Positions 26,190-32,000 of a stretch of DNA of 32,000 bases are shown in pieces. Positions within the stretch are counted from its first letter, which is position 1. Every line of letters starts with the position of its first letter. The notes under the pieces are model-generated. The model was not told the origin of the DNA. It did no database searches and saw only the letters and a list, made by a program, of their open reading frames with translations. Both the position numbers and the translations under genes were made by a program. The DNA comes from an uncultured Erysipelotrichaceae bacterium (GTDB lineage: Bacteria > Bacillota_I > Bacilli_A > Erysipelotrichales > Erysipelotrichaceae): positions 1,620,001-1,652,000 of the forward strand of contig OW818668.1 in the NCBI GenBank assembly GCA_942493105.1. The letters are read 5' to 3'.

Positions 26190-27748
26190 TATTTAGCGAT
26201 TTCCTGAGCTCTGGATTCACGGATGACCGTGACCTTGATTTGACCTGGATATGTCATTTCACTTTCAATCTTTTCTTTTATTTCTCGAGCAACGCGATGA
26301 CAAGCAAGATCATCCAGTTTATCTGGCATGACCATGACTCTTATTTCACGTCCGGCTTGGATTGCATATGTCTTTTCAACCCCATCGAATGAATTTGCGA
26401 TGGTTTCAAGTTGTTCAAGACGTTTGATGTAGTTTTCCATGCCTTCATAACGAGCACCTGGACGAGCAGCACTTAACGTATCTGCTGCTTGAACCAACAT
26501 TGAATAAATGTTGTCCGCTTGAACATCTCCATGATGTGATTCGATTGAATTGATGACCACATGGTGTTCACCATGTTTTTTACAAATTTTAGCCCCTAGT
26601 TCGACATGACTGCCTTCCATCTCGAAGTCAAGTGCTTTTCCAATATCATGCAACAAACCAGCACGTTTGGCGAGTTGTTGATTTAGGCCCAATTCTGCGG
26701 CCATAATGCCAGCAATTTTGGATACTTCCATGATATGTGTCAATGCATTTTGACCATAAGAATAGCGATAACGCATACGGCCTACGAGTTCTACGATTTC
26801 ACGATCGACTTTACCGATGGCCAACTTGAACAAGGCTTCTTCACCAGTTTTAATGATGGATTCCTTTAATTCACTTTGAACACGTGTCACAACTTCTTCT
26901 ATACGTCCAGGCTGAATACGTCCATCTTTCAATAGGATTTCTAAAGCTTGACGTGCAACTTCTCTGCGAATTGGATCGAAACATGAGATCGTTATGGTTT
27001 CTGGTGTATCATCGATCAATAGATCGACCCCTGTTGCCTGTTCGATAGCACGAATGTTTCTGCCTTCACGACCGATAATACGGCCCTTCATCTCTTCATT
27101 GGGTAAATTGACAACACTGACCGTACGCTCAACAGTTTCTTCTTGAGCATACCGTTGAATGGCAGTCCCAATGATTTCTTTGGCGTTATCAGAAGCTCTT
27201 AATTTAGCCTCATCTTCCTGATCACGAATATACACTTCAATTTCATTTCTGGTTTTGCTTTTCACAACTTCCAGTAATTCTTGTTTCGCTGCAGAAGCAC
27301 TCATGCTTGCTACACGTTCAAGTTCAACAATCTGCACATCGATTTTCGCTTGCAGATCTTTTTCCATCTTCTCTAGATTTGATAATTTGTCAGTAACTTG
27401 CTTATTTCTTTCGTCAAGTTGTTTTTCTTTCGAGGTCAACGTTTCGTCTCTGAAACTGAGATTGTCTTCTCTTCGGCCAAGCTTTTGTTCTGCTTCTTGC
27501 AGTTCTTGGCGTCTTTCTTTCAGTTCCCGTTCTGCAGCCAATTTCAGTTCATAAGCCTGAGTTTTACCGTCTAAGACGGCTTGGCGCAAAATGTTTTCAG
27601 CTTTGATCGTCGCTTCATCATTGATGAGCTTCGCTTTTTGTTGATCTCTATTTAAACCTAACTTCGAGGCTAACACCATTATGATGATCCCCAAAGCAAT
27701 ACCTATAATACCAGCTAGGAAGGTTGGAAATAAATTTTCTGATCCCAT
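26189..27748 (-). CDS. rny: ribonuclease Y
   Basis: N-terminal TM anchor, coiled-coil region, KH domain (IIGREGRNIRAIE) and HD domain (GLLHDIGKA). 519 aa, with AGGAGGA SD. Confidence 0.95.
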   Translation of the reverse strand: MGSENLFPTFLAGIIGIALGIIIMVLASKLGLNRDQQKAKLINDEATIKAENILRQAVLDGKTQAYELKLAAERELKERRQELQEAEQKLGRREDNLSFRDETLTSKEKQLDERNKQVTDKLSNLEKMEKDLQAKIDVQIVELERVASMSASAAKQELLEVVKSKTRNEIEVYIRDQEDEAKLRASDNAKEIIGTAIQRYAQEETVERTVSVVNLPNEEMKGRIIGREGRNIRAIEQATGVDLLIDDTPETITISCFDPIRREVARQALEILLKDGRIQPGRIEEVVTRVQSELKESIIKTGEEALFKLAIGKVDREIVELVGRMRYRYSYGQNALTHIMEVSKIAGIMAAELGLNQQLAKRAGLLHDIGKALDFEMEGSHVELGAKICKKHGEHHVVINSIESHHGDVQADNIYSMLVQAADTLSAARPGARYEGMENYIKRLEQLETIANSFDGVEKTYAIQAGREIRVMVMPDKLDDLACHRVAREIKEKIESEMTYPGQIKVTVIRESRAQEIAK

Positions 27749-27790
27749 GTTATTTCCTCCTGCTTTTTAAGAGTGAAAACTCTTATTTAC

Positions 27791-27820
27791 ATAATACCCT
27801 AAAAGTGTTCTCTTCTACAA
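27791..27820 (-). promoter_or_regulatory. candidate rny promoter
   Basis: Minus strand reads TTGTAG (27820-27815), 18-nt spacer, TATTAT (27796-27791). The predicted transcript would start at or near the AAGAGU-UUUC-ACUCUU hairpin (27784-27769). Confidence 0.4.
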
Positions 27821-27830
27821 GTCATTGCAC

Positions 27831-27856
27831 TAAAAAGAGCCTTATTTGGCTCTTTT
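27831..27856 (-). terminator. rho-independent terminator of the rodZ-pgsA-cinA-recA unit
   Basis: Minus strand reads AAAGAGCC-AAAUAA-GGCUCUUU followed by UUA. The upstream arm is formed by the last recA codons and the stop. Confidence 0.68.
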
Positions 27857-28852
27857 CTCTTCGCTAATGAGTAATAATTTTGATTTCAGTTCAGCCATGA
27901 TGGTATCACTGATGATTGGATTGGCTTCTAAATAAGCTTTAACTGCATCTCTGCCTTGTCCAATTTTCTCACCTTTGTAACTCATCCATGAACCGCTCTT
28001 TTGGATTATTTCGTTCTCGACGGCTAAATCGATGAGTTCACCGATACGTGAAATACCAACCCCATACATGATATCGATGACCGCAATTTTAAATGGCGGA
28101 GCAACTTTATTTTTAACAACCTTGACGGTTACTTTGTTTCCAATGACTTCAGTTCCATTCTTAATGGCTTCTCCACGTCGAATATCAATACGAATCGAAG
28201 CATAGAACTTTAATGCTTTTCCTCCGGCAGTCGTTTCAGGATTACCAAACATGACACCGATTTTTTCTCTCAACTGATTGATAAAAATACAGGTGCATTC
28301 ACTGCGATTCATGACTCCTGCCAGTTTACGCATGGCTTTAGACATCAATCGAGCTTGCAGACCAACATGAGCATCTGACATTTCCCCATCAAGTTCAGCT
28401 TGAGGAACAAGCGCTGCAACAGAGTCAATGACGATCAAATCAATGGCACCACTCTTAATCAATAGTTCTGTAATTTCTAAAGCTTGTTCACCACTATCAG
28501 GCTGAGATAAGATCAAATCTTCAATATTAACACCTAAAGCCTTCGCATAACGTGGATCAATGGCATTTTCCGCATCAATAAAAGCAGCTTTACCACCTCT
28601 TTTTTGTACTTCTGCAATGGCATGTAGTGCTAAAGTCGTTTTGCCACTGGATTCTGGTCCATAGATTTCTACGATTCTGCCTTTTGGATATCCACCGACA
28701 CCTAAAGCTGCATCAATTGAAATTGAACCTGAACTAATGGCATCGACATCGACATTGGCACGATCACCAAGACGCATGACTGAACCCTTACCATATTGCT
28801 TTTCAATTTGTTTTATCGTTTCTTCCAACATTAAATTTTTCTTATCGTCCAT
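27842..28852 (-). CDS. recA: recombinase RecA
   Basis: Unambiguous RecA sequence: [16 protein letters not shown], Walker [28 protein letters not shown] upstream. Confidence 0.97.
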   Translation of the reverse strand: MDDKKNLMLEETIKQIEKQYGKGSVMRLGDRANVDVDAISSGSISIDAALGVGGYPKGRIVEIYGPESSGKTTLALHAIAEVQKRGGKAAFIDAENAIDPRYAKALGVNIEDLILSQPDSGEQALEITELLIKSGAIDLIVIDSVAALVPQAELDGEMSDAHVGLQARLMSKAMRKLAGVMNRSECTCIFINQLREKIGVMFGNPETTAGGKALKFYASIRIDIRRGEAIKNGTEVIGNKVTVKVVKNKVAPPFKIAVIDIMYGVGISRIGELIDLAVENEIIQKSGSWMSYKGEKIGQGRDAVKAYLEANPIISDTIMAELKSKLLLISEEKRAK

Positions 28853-28862
28853 AACTCCTCCT

Positions 28863-29345
28863 TTATCGGTTTATGAGCCACTCATCATTATTCCTAAGAC
28901 AATCCATAAGAATCTTAACACCTTTTTCAACGGCTGCTGTACGCAACGCATTACGGCTTAAATTCGATATCCCACAAAATATAATCGTTTTATGTCTACT
29001 GGCAAGTGCCCCATACCATAAACCGACAGGTTTGCCTTCTAAAGCATCAGGTCCAGCATTTCCACTGAATGCCATACAAAAATCAGAAGAAAATAAGCTA
29101 CGGGTCTTTTCAGCCATATCTTTGACAACCATTGGGCTGATCATACCATATTGTTCAATTAAGGAAGGTTCAACATGAACTACATCCATTTTAGCTTGTT
29201 TACTATAAGCAACGATACTGCCTAAGAATACATTAGAAACACCAGGGTGACTACATAGCTCAGACGCCATTAATCCACCTGTAAAGCTTTCGCACAGACT
29301 CAAGGTCAGTTTCTTTTCTTGAAGAACCTTGATCAATTGGTCCAT
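28863..29345 (-). CDS. cinA: CinA C-terminal-domain protein (PncC-type nicotinamide-nucleotide amidohydrolase), stand-alone
   Basis: [13 protein letters not shown]... and ...SGNAGPD motifs of the CinA_C/PncC domain. At only 160 aa it has no N-terminal MoCF-biosynthesis-like domain. It is in the canonical position upstream of recA. Confidence 0.85.
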   Translation of the reverse strand: MDQLIKVLQEKKLTLSLCESFTGGLMASELCSHPGVSNVFLGSIVAYSKQAKMDVVHVEPSLIEQYGMISPMVVKDMAEKTRSLFSSDFCMAFSGNAGPDALEGKPVGLWYGALASRHKTIIFCGISNLSRNALRTAAVEKGVKILMDCLRNNDEWLINR

Positions 29346-29938
29346 TATTTAGACTCCATCACCAACGAACTAAGTTGTCTGAAGTAGTTGATGCCACTTA
29401 TGATGGAGATCATCACTGAAAACCAAATCATAAAGCTTGAAACCGGAATATTATAAAGTTCAAATGGAAGATTCGATAACAAAATAAGCATGATCGTCAG
29501 CATCTGAACAACTGTTTTCAGTTTACCCATATATCCGGCAGCAACAACTCTTCCCTTTTCAGCAGCTAGCATTCTTAGTCCATCTACAAAAACATCACGC
29601 CAAATCATGACAAGCACCGCAATAACCGGTACCAAACCTTGAAAGGAAAACAGAATGAACAGAGTATTAACCAATAGTTTATCAGCAATAGGATCCATAA
29701 ATTTACCAAACGTTGAAATTTGATGGTACTTTCTAGCAAGATAACCATCAAAGAAATCAGTGATACTTGCTAAGACAAATAAACCCAAAGCTATCAAATT
29801 GACGATAGGTAATGTAACAAAGTCAACAGAAATGGATCCAAATACAATGCCATATTGAGCAAACGGAAATAATACAAAAAATACTATCACAGGCACAAAT
29901 AAGATTCTCAACAAAGTTAATCGATTAGGTAAGTTCAT
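29345..29938 (-). CDS. pgsA: CDP-diacylglycerol--glycerol-3-phosphate 3-phosphatidyltransferase
   Basis: CDP-alcohol phosphatidyltransferase motif DFFDGYLARKYHQISTFGKFMDPIADK. Multi-TM, 197 aa. Confidence 0.92.
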   Translation of the reverse strand: MNLPNRLTLLRILFVPVIVFFVLFPFAQYGIVFGSISVDFVTLPIVNLIALGLFVLASITDFFDGYLARKYHQISTFGKFMDPIADKLLVNTLFILFSFQGLVPVIAVLVMIWRDVFVDGLRMLAAEKGRVVAAGYMGKLKTVVQMLTIMLILLSNLPFELYNIPVSSFMIWFSVMISIISGINYFRQLSSLVMESK

Positions 29939-30840
29939 TGTGCAGCTCCTTTAAATGTAAAATAAAACGAGCTCTTTAATTTTGAAGAAACCAAACTAGA
30001 GTCAATTTCAACATCTTTTCCATTGACAGTTATTTTAGGTGACGCCAAATGACCCACATAAAGTTCAACGATCATATTCTCTTTGGCGCTTACAATCAAT
30101 GTATAAGATTCACCCTTTTCATAGTATCGTCTGGCCGGATTAACAGAACTAATGCCATCCACTTTGGAACTCAACCAAGAAATACTATTGGGTAAATAAA
30201 TAACGAAAGTTATTTCTTCATTGATGTTAAATCCAGAAATTTCATAATGGATTGTATCCATTTTAGTAATGGTAAATTCAATGGTTTCTATTGGTTCTTC
30301 AGTATCTCCCGGATCTTCCTCGTGTACGATTGGATCTGGTACGACGATAACTTTGGGCGTGTTTGTTGATTTATTGATCATGGGTAAAACAGCTGAGACA
30401 AATACATATATCAAAGCTAGCACAACCAATACACTGATAATGAACATAGAAATAAATCCAATGTCTGTTTGAATTTTTCTTTTGGATTTAGGACTGTTGT
30501 TTTTTGAAGAGATTGGTTTTGATTTAGATTTGACTCTGCTTTTAACTCGAGCAGTCATTTCATCTTGTTCTTGGATTTTCTTTAAGGCTGCTGTTTGAGT
30601 AAAAACATCCAAGGCAAGATCTAACACTTCTTTATAATCTTCAAAATTGAGATGCAAGGCATTAAAATAATATCTGATGTAGAACTTCACATAGGTCAAT
30701 TCCTGATTAAAATAGGCAAGATTGCCTTCTTCGATGGCTTGTAGTTTTGCTACAGGTACTTTTGTTTTTTCGCTCATTTTAGGTAGAGAATAGCCTAATT
30801 CTTCGCGGCGTGCTTTTAATATTTGTCCAATTTTTTCCAT
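29935..30840 (-). CDS. rodZ: RodZ/YmfM-like cytoskeleton protein (HTH + TM + C-terminal beta domain)
   Basis: N-terminal XRE-type HTH (IGQILKARREELGYSLPKMSEKTKVPVAKLQAIEEGN), a basic linker, one TM helix (FISMFIISVLVVLALIYVFVSAV) and an extracellular C-terminal domain. Position upstream of pgsA matches B. subtilis. Confidence 0.75.
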   Translation of the reverse strand: MEKIGQILKARREELGYSLPKMSEKTKVPVAKLQAIEEGNLAYFNQELTYVKFYIRYYFNALHLNFEDYKEVLDLALDVFTQTAALKKIQEQDEMTARVKSRVKSKSKPISSKNNSPKSKRKIQTDIGFISMFIISVLVVLALIYVFVSAVLPMINKSTNTPKVIVVPDPIVHEEDPGDTEEPIETIEFTITKMDTIHYEISGFNINEEITFVIYLPNSISWLSSKVDGISSVNPARRYYEKGESYTLIVSAKENMIVELYVGHLASPKITVNGKDVEIDSSLVSSKLKSSFYFTFKGAAQ

Positions 30841-30858
30841 AAGTTTGTTATCTTATGA

Positions 30859-30888
30859 ATTATAACAAATTATTAGGCACCATGACAA
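30859..30888 (-). promoter_or_regulatory. strong sigma-A-type promoter (extended -10) for rodZ-pgsA-cinA-recA
   Basis: Minus strand reads TTGTCA (30888-30883), 18-nt spacer, TGTTATAAT (30867-30859). It is flanked and overlapped by the dyad TTGTTAT-N10-ATAACAA (30845-30868). Confidence 0.6.
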
Positions 30889-30911
30889 ACAAAAAGGAGC
30901 GTTATGCTCCT
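30885..30911 (-). terminator. rho-independent terminator after rnpB
   Basis: Minus strand reads AGGAGC-AUAAC-GCUCCU followed by UUUUGUUUGU. Confidence 0.7.
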
Positions 30912-30914
30912 ATT

Positions 30915-31260
30915 GTTTTAACATCTGGTAAGCCATGTTCTGTCCCGTTGCCGGGGGCAATCATTTATCTACATTGCTGTCTCTCGCAAACTTCATTTCG
31001 TTTTTGAAAGTTCCTCTACCAAATTTGAGTTTCTCGCTTAAGGGGTTTACCGCGTTCCAAACTCTGAGTTTCCTCAAAGCCTACGTTACTGTGGCACGTT
31101 ATGGGCTTCGACCATGGTTTTCACTTTAGGTGTCGGCTCCGCCGTCAGTTGCCTGCCTGGATTTATGGTTTCATCCAGCATAATCACTACAGGCATCTCA
31201 GCCTGTGCGAGCATGGACTTTCCTCTGGGGATTAGCCCAGCGATTGCCTTGATGTTACTT
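30915..31260 (-). ncRNA. rnpB: RNase P RNA, bacterial type B (Bacillus type), compact (about 340 nt)
   Basis: Minus strand contains the universally conserved GAGGAAAGUCCAUGCUCGCAC (P4 5' strand) and GGGACAGAACAUGGCUUAC (P4 3' strand). It also has the B. subtilis-like blocks GCUGAGAUGCCUGUAGUG, GUGCCACAGUAACG and GGAACGCGGUAAACCCCU...AGCGAGAAAC...CAAAUUUGGUAG. P1 pairing is UAACAUC/GAUGUUA and P2 pairing is GGCAAUC/GAUUGCC. Ends are approximate to within +/-5 nt. Confidence 0.93.
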
Positions 31261-31569
31261 TTTATAGACTTCTTGTTCGAGTTTAGACAAACGTCTTAAG
31301 ATGTCTGTTTGCTGAATCACGGGTGTATCAGACAAAACAGCATCTAAACGTCCTTGAAGTTCTATGATCTTATTTTGTAAGATACTGTTGCTGCGTTGCA
31401 GTTGATCGATCATACTCACATGAGCTGTGATCTGATGTTCGAAATTCTGATAATCATGAATGACTTCATCCAACAGGCTATCTACTTCGATTGTCGAGTA
31501 GCCTTTAAATTCAATGTTGAATTCTTTCTTGTAGATTTGTTCTGCAGTTAACTTTGGAAGATTGGCCAT
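31255..31569 (-). CDS. gpsB: cell-cycle protein GpsB (DivIVA-domain)
   Basis: N-terminal DivIVA/GpsB domain (LTAEQIYKKEFNIEFKGYSTIEVDSLLDEVIHDYQNF) and the GpsB C-terminal signature (TDILRRLSKLEQEVY). It lies next to rnpB and divergent from recU, as in Bacillus. Confidence 0.87.
   Translation of the reverse strand: MANLPKLTAEQIYKKEFNIEFKGYSTIEVDSLLDEVIHDYQNFEHQITAHVSMIDQLQRSNSILQNKIIELQGRLDAVLSDTPVIQQTDILRRLSKLEQEVYKK
31261..31290 (-). promoter_or_regulatory. candidate rnpB promoter embedded in the 3' end of gpsB
   Basis: Minus strand reads TTGTCT (31290-31285), 18-nt spacer, TATAAA (31266-31261). The predicted start falls a few nt downstream, at the 5' strand of P1. Confidence 0.45.
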
Positions 31570-31607
31570 ACAGTTACCTCACGCACTCATTAAACCAAAA
31601 TCTAGAC

Positions 31608-31637
31608 ATTTTATCAAGCACTTAGGATAAAATGCAA
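31608..31637 (-). promoter_or_regulatory. candidate gpsB promoter (extended -10)
   Basis: Minus strand reads TTGCAT (31637-31632), 18-nt spacer, TGATAAAAT (31616-31608). It is about 38 nt upstream of the gpsB ATG, which has a GAGGT SD. Confidence 0.5.
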
Positions 31638-31664
31638 TTGGTAGAAACTAGGAGTAATATAGGG

Positions 31665-31670
31665 TATAAT
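31665..31670 (+). promoter_or_regulatory. possible -10 box for recU
   Basis: Perfect TATAAT 16 nt upstream of the recU ATG, but with no convincing -35. The leader would be very short and would barely include the AAGGAG SD. Confidence 0.3.
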
Positions 31671-31686
31671 TGTGAAGGAGTTAAGA

Positions 31687-32000
31687 ATGATCGGATATCC
31701 AACAAAGAAAAAAGTAAATCAAGTCGTTAAAACAACTGAGTCAACAAAACGTGGAATGAGTCTTGAAGAAGACATAAATCAAAGCAATCAAGTTTTTCTT
31801 GACCGACAATTAGCGAACATCCACAAAAAACCAACTCCGATAACGATCGTTAAAGTGGACTATCCTTCTCGAAATAAAGCCAAAATAACTGAAGCTTATT
31901 TCAAAATCCCCTCCACAACAGACTATAATGGAGTTTACAAAGGTCGAGCAATTGACTTTGAAGCAAAGGAAACTGCCAATAAAACCTCTTTCGCACTTAG
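31687..32000 (+). CDS. recU: Holliday junction resolvase RecU (5' part; runs off the window)
   Basis: Not in the track because no stop lies within the window. My translation is [104 protein letters not shown]. It matches B. subtilis RecU closely (..IHKKPTP..., [25 protein letters not shown]). GAAGGAG SD upstream. Confidence 0.92.
   Translation, partial: MIGYPTKKKVNQVVKTTESTKRGMSLEEDINQSNQVFLDRQLANIHKKPTPITIVKVDYPSRNKAKITEAYFKIPSTTDYNGVYKGRAIDFEAKETANKTSFAL

Noticed and set aside
27786-27796. 11-nt match (TATTATGTAAA on the minus strand) to the XerD-side arm of the B. subtilis dif site, not far from ftsK
   Set aside because: Only one arm matches. The central region and XerC arm do not align (about 2 of 15 upstream positions). 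The location between recA and rny is not terminus-like, and the hexamer is better explained as the rny -10 box. A chance match is likely in AT-rich DNA.
27842-30894. Search for a LexA/DinR (Cheo) box CGAAC-N4-GTTCG upstream of recA or of its operon
   Set aside because: I found no such sequence by eye in the 10-nt cinA-recA gap or in the rodZ promoter region. Only an unrelated dyad is present, and it is reported separately as a low-confidence finding.
30935-31299. Two + strand ORFs (64 aa and 61 aa) from the track
   Set aside because: They lie antisense to the RNase P RNA gene. The relatively GC-rich structured RNA explains the open frames.
1-32000. Possibility of Mollicutes genetic code 4 (UGA = Trp), given the AT-rich, compact, Mollicutes-like gene content
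   Set aside because: All recognisable genes are full length under code 11. TGA also serves as the stop codon in several ATGA overlaps (rsmE, the orphan, mtaB, rodZ). The presence of murE likewise argues for a walled organism.
1-32000. CRISPR arrays, IS/transposon ends, integrases, phage genes, toxin-antitoxin pairs, tRNA/rRNA genes, riboswitches or T-boxes in the larger intergenic gaps
   Set aside because: No direct-repeat/spacer periodicity, no terminal inverted repeats and no recombinase-like ORFs are present. All intergenic gaps are 120 bp or shorter except the rnpB locus, and they are accounted for by promoters and terminators. No conserved riboswitch cores were recognised. A by-eye scan cannot exclude short dispersed repeats.

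Overview
This window is AT-rich core chromosome from a low-GC Gram-positive bacterium, Bacilli- or Erysipelotrichia-like. It uses the standard genetic code: TGA is a stop in several ATGA stop/start overlaps, so Mollicutes code 4 does not apply. I can support 33 protein-coding genes, one tentative 5' gene fragment, and one RNA gene (type-B RNase P RNA). All but pncB and recU lie on the minus strand. Gene order matches well-known Bacillus subtilis neighbourhoods: rsmE-mtaB...rpsU, scpA-scpB, ymfF-ymfH, rodZ(ymfM)-pgsA-cinA-recA-rny-ymdB, rnj next to ftsK/spoIIIE, and recU / gpsB-rnpB. Four real genes are missing from the supplied ORF track: rpsU (59 aa), a 58-aa 2x[4Fe-4S] ferredoxin, rnpB, and the 5' part of recU, which runs off the window. 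Several track ORFs carry spurious N-terminal extensions, and I trimmed them using SD and overlap logic. I see no mobile element, CRISPR array, toxin-antitoxin pair, defence island, tRNA/rRNA or large repeat, and nothing that convincingly looks like a new multi-gene system. The leads are modest. The main ones are: (1) an orphan 259-aa protein translationally coupled between rsmE and mtaB; (2) an RNase J paralogue with a degenerate catalytic motif; (3) a tail-less SSB paralogue as its own transcription unit; (4) a solitary murE with DDPR in place of DNPR; (5) a ferredoxin-hairpin-miaB arrangement; (6) a compact rnpB that starts on the gpsB stop codon, with a promoter inside gpsB; (7) a roughly 10-kb, 12-gene array with essentially no intergenic space. 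All promoter and terminator calls come from reading the sequence by eye and are unverified.
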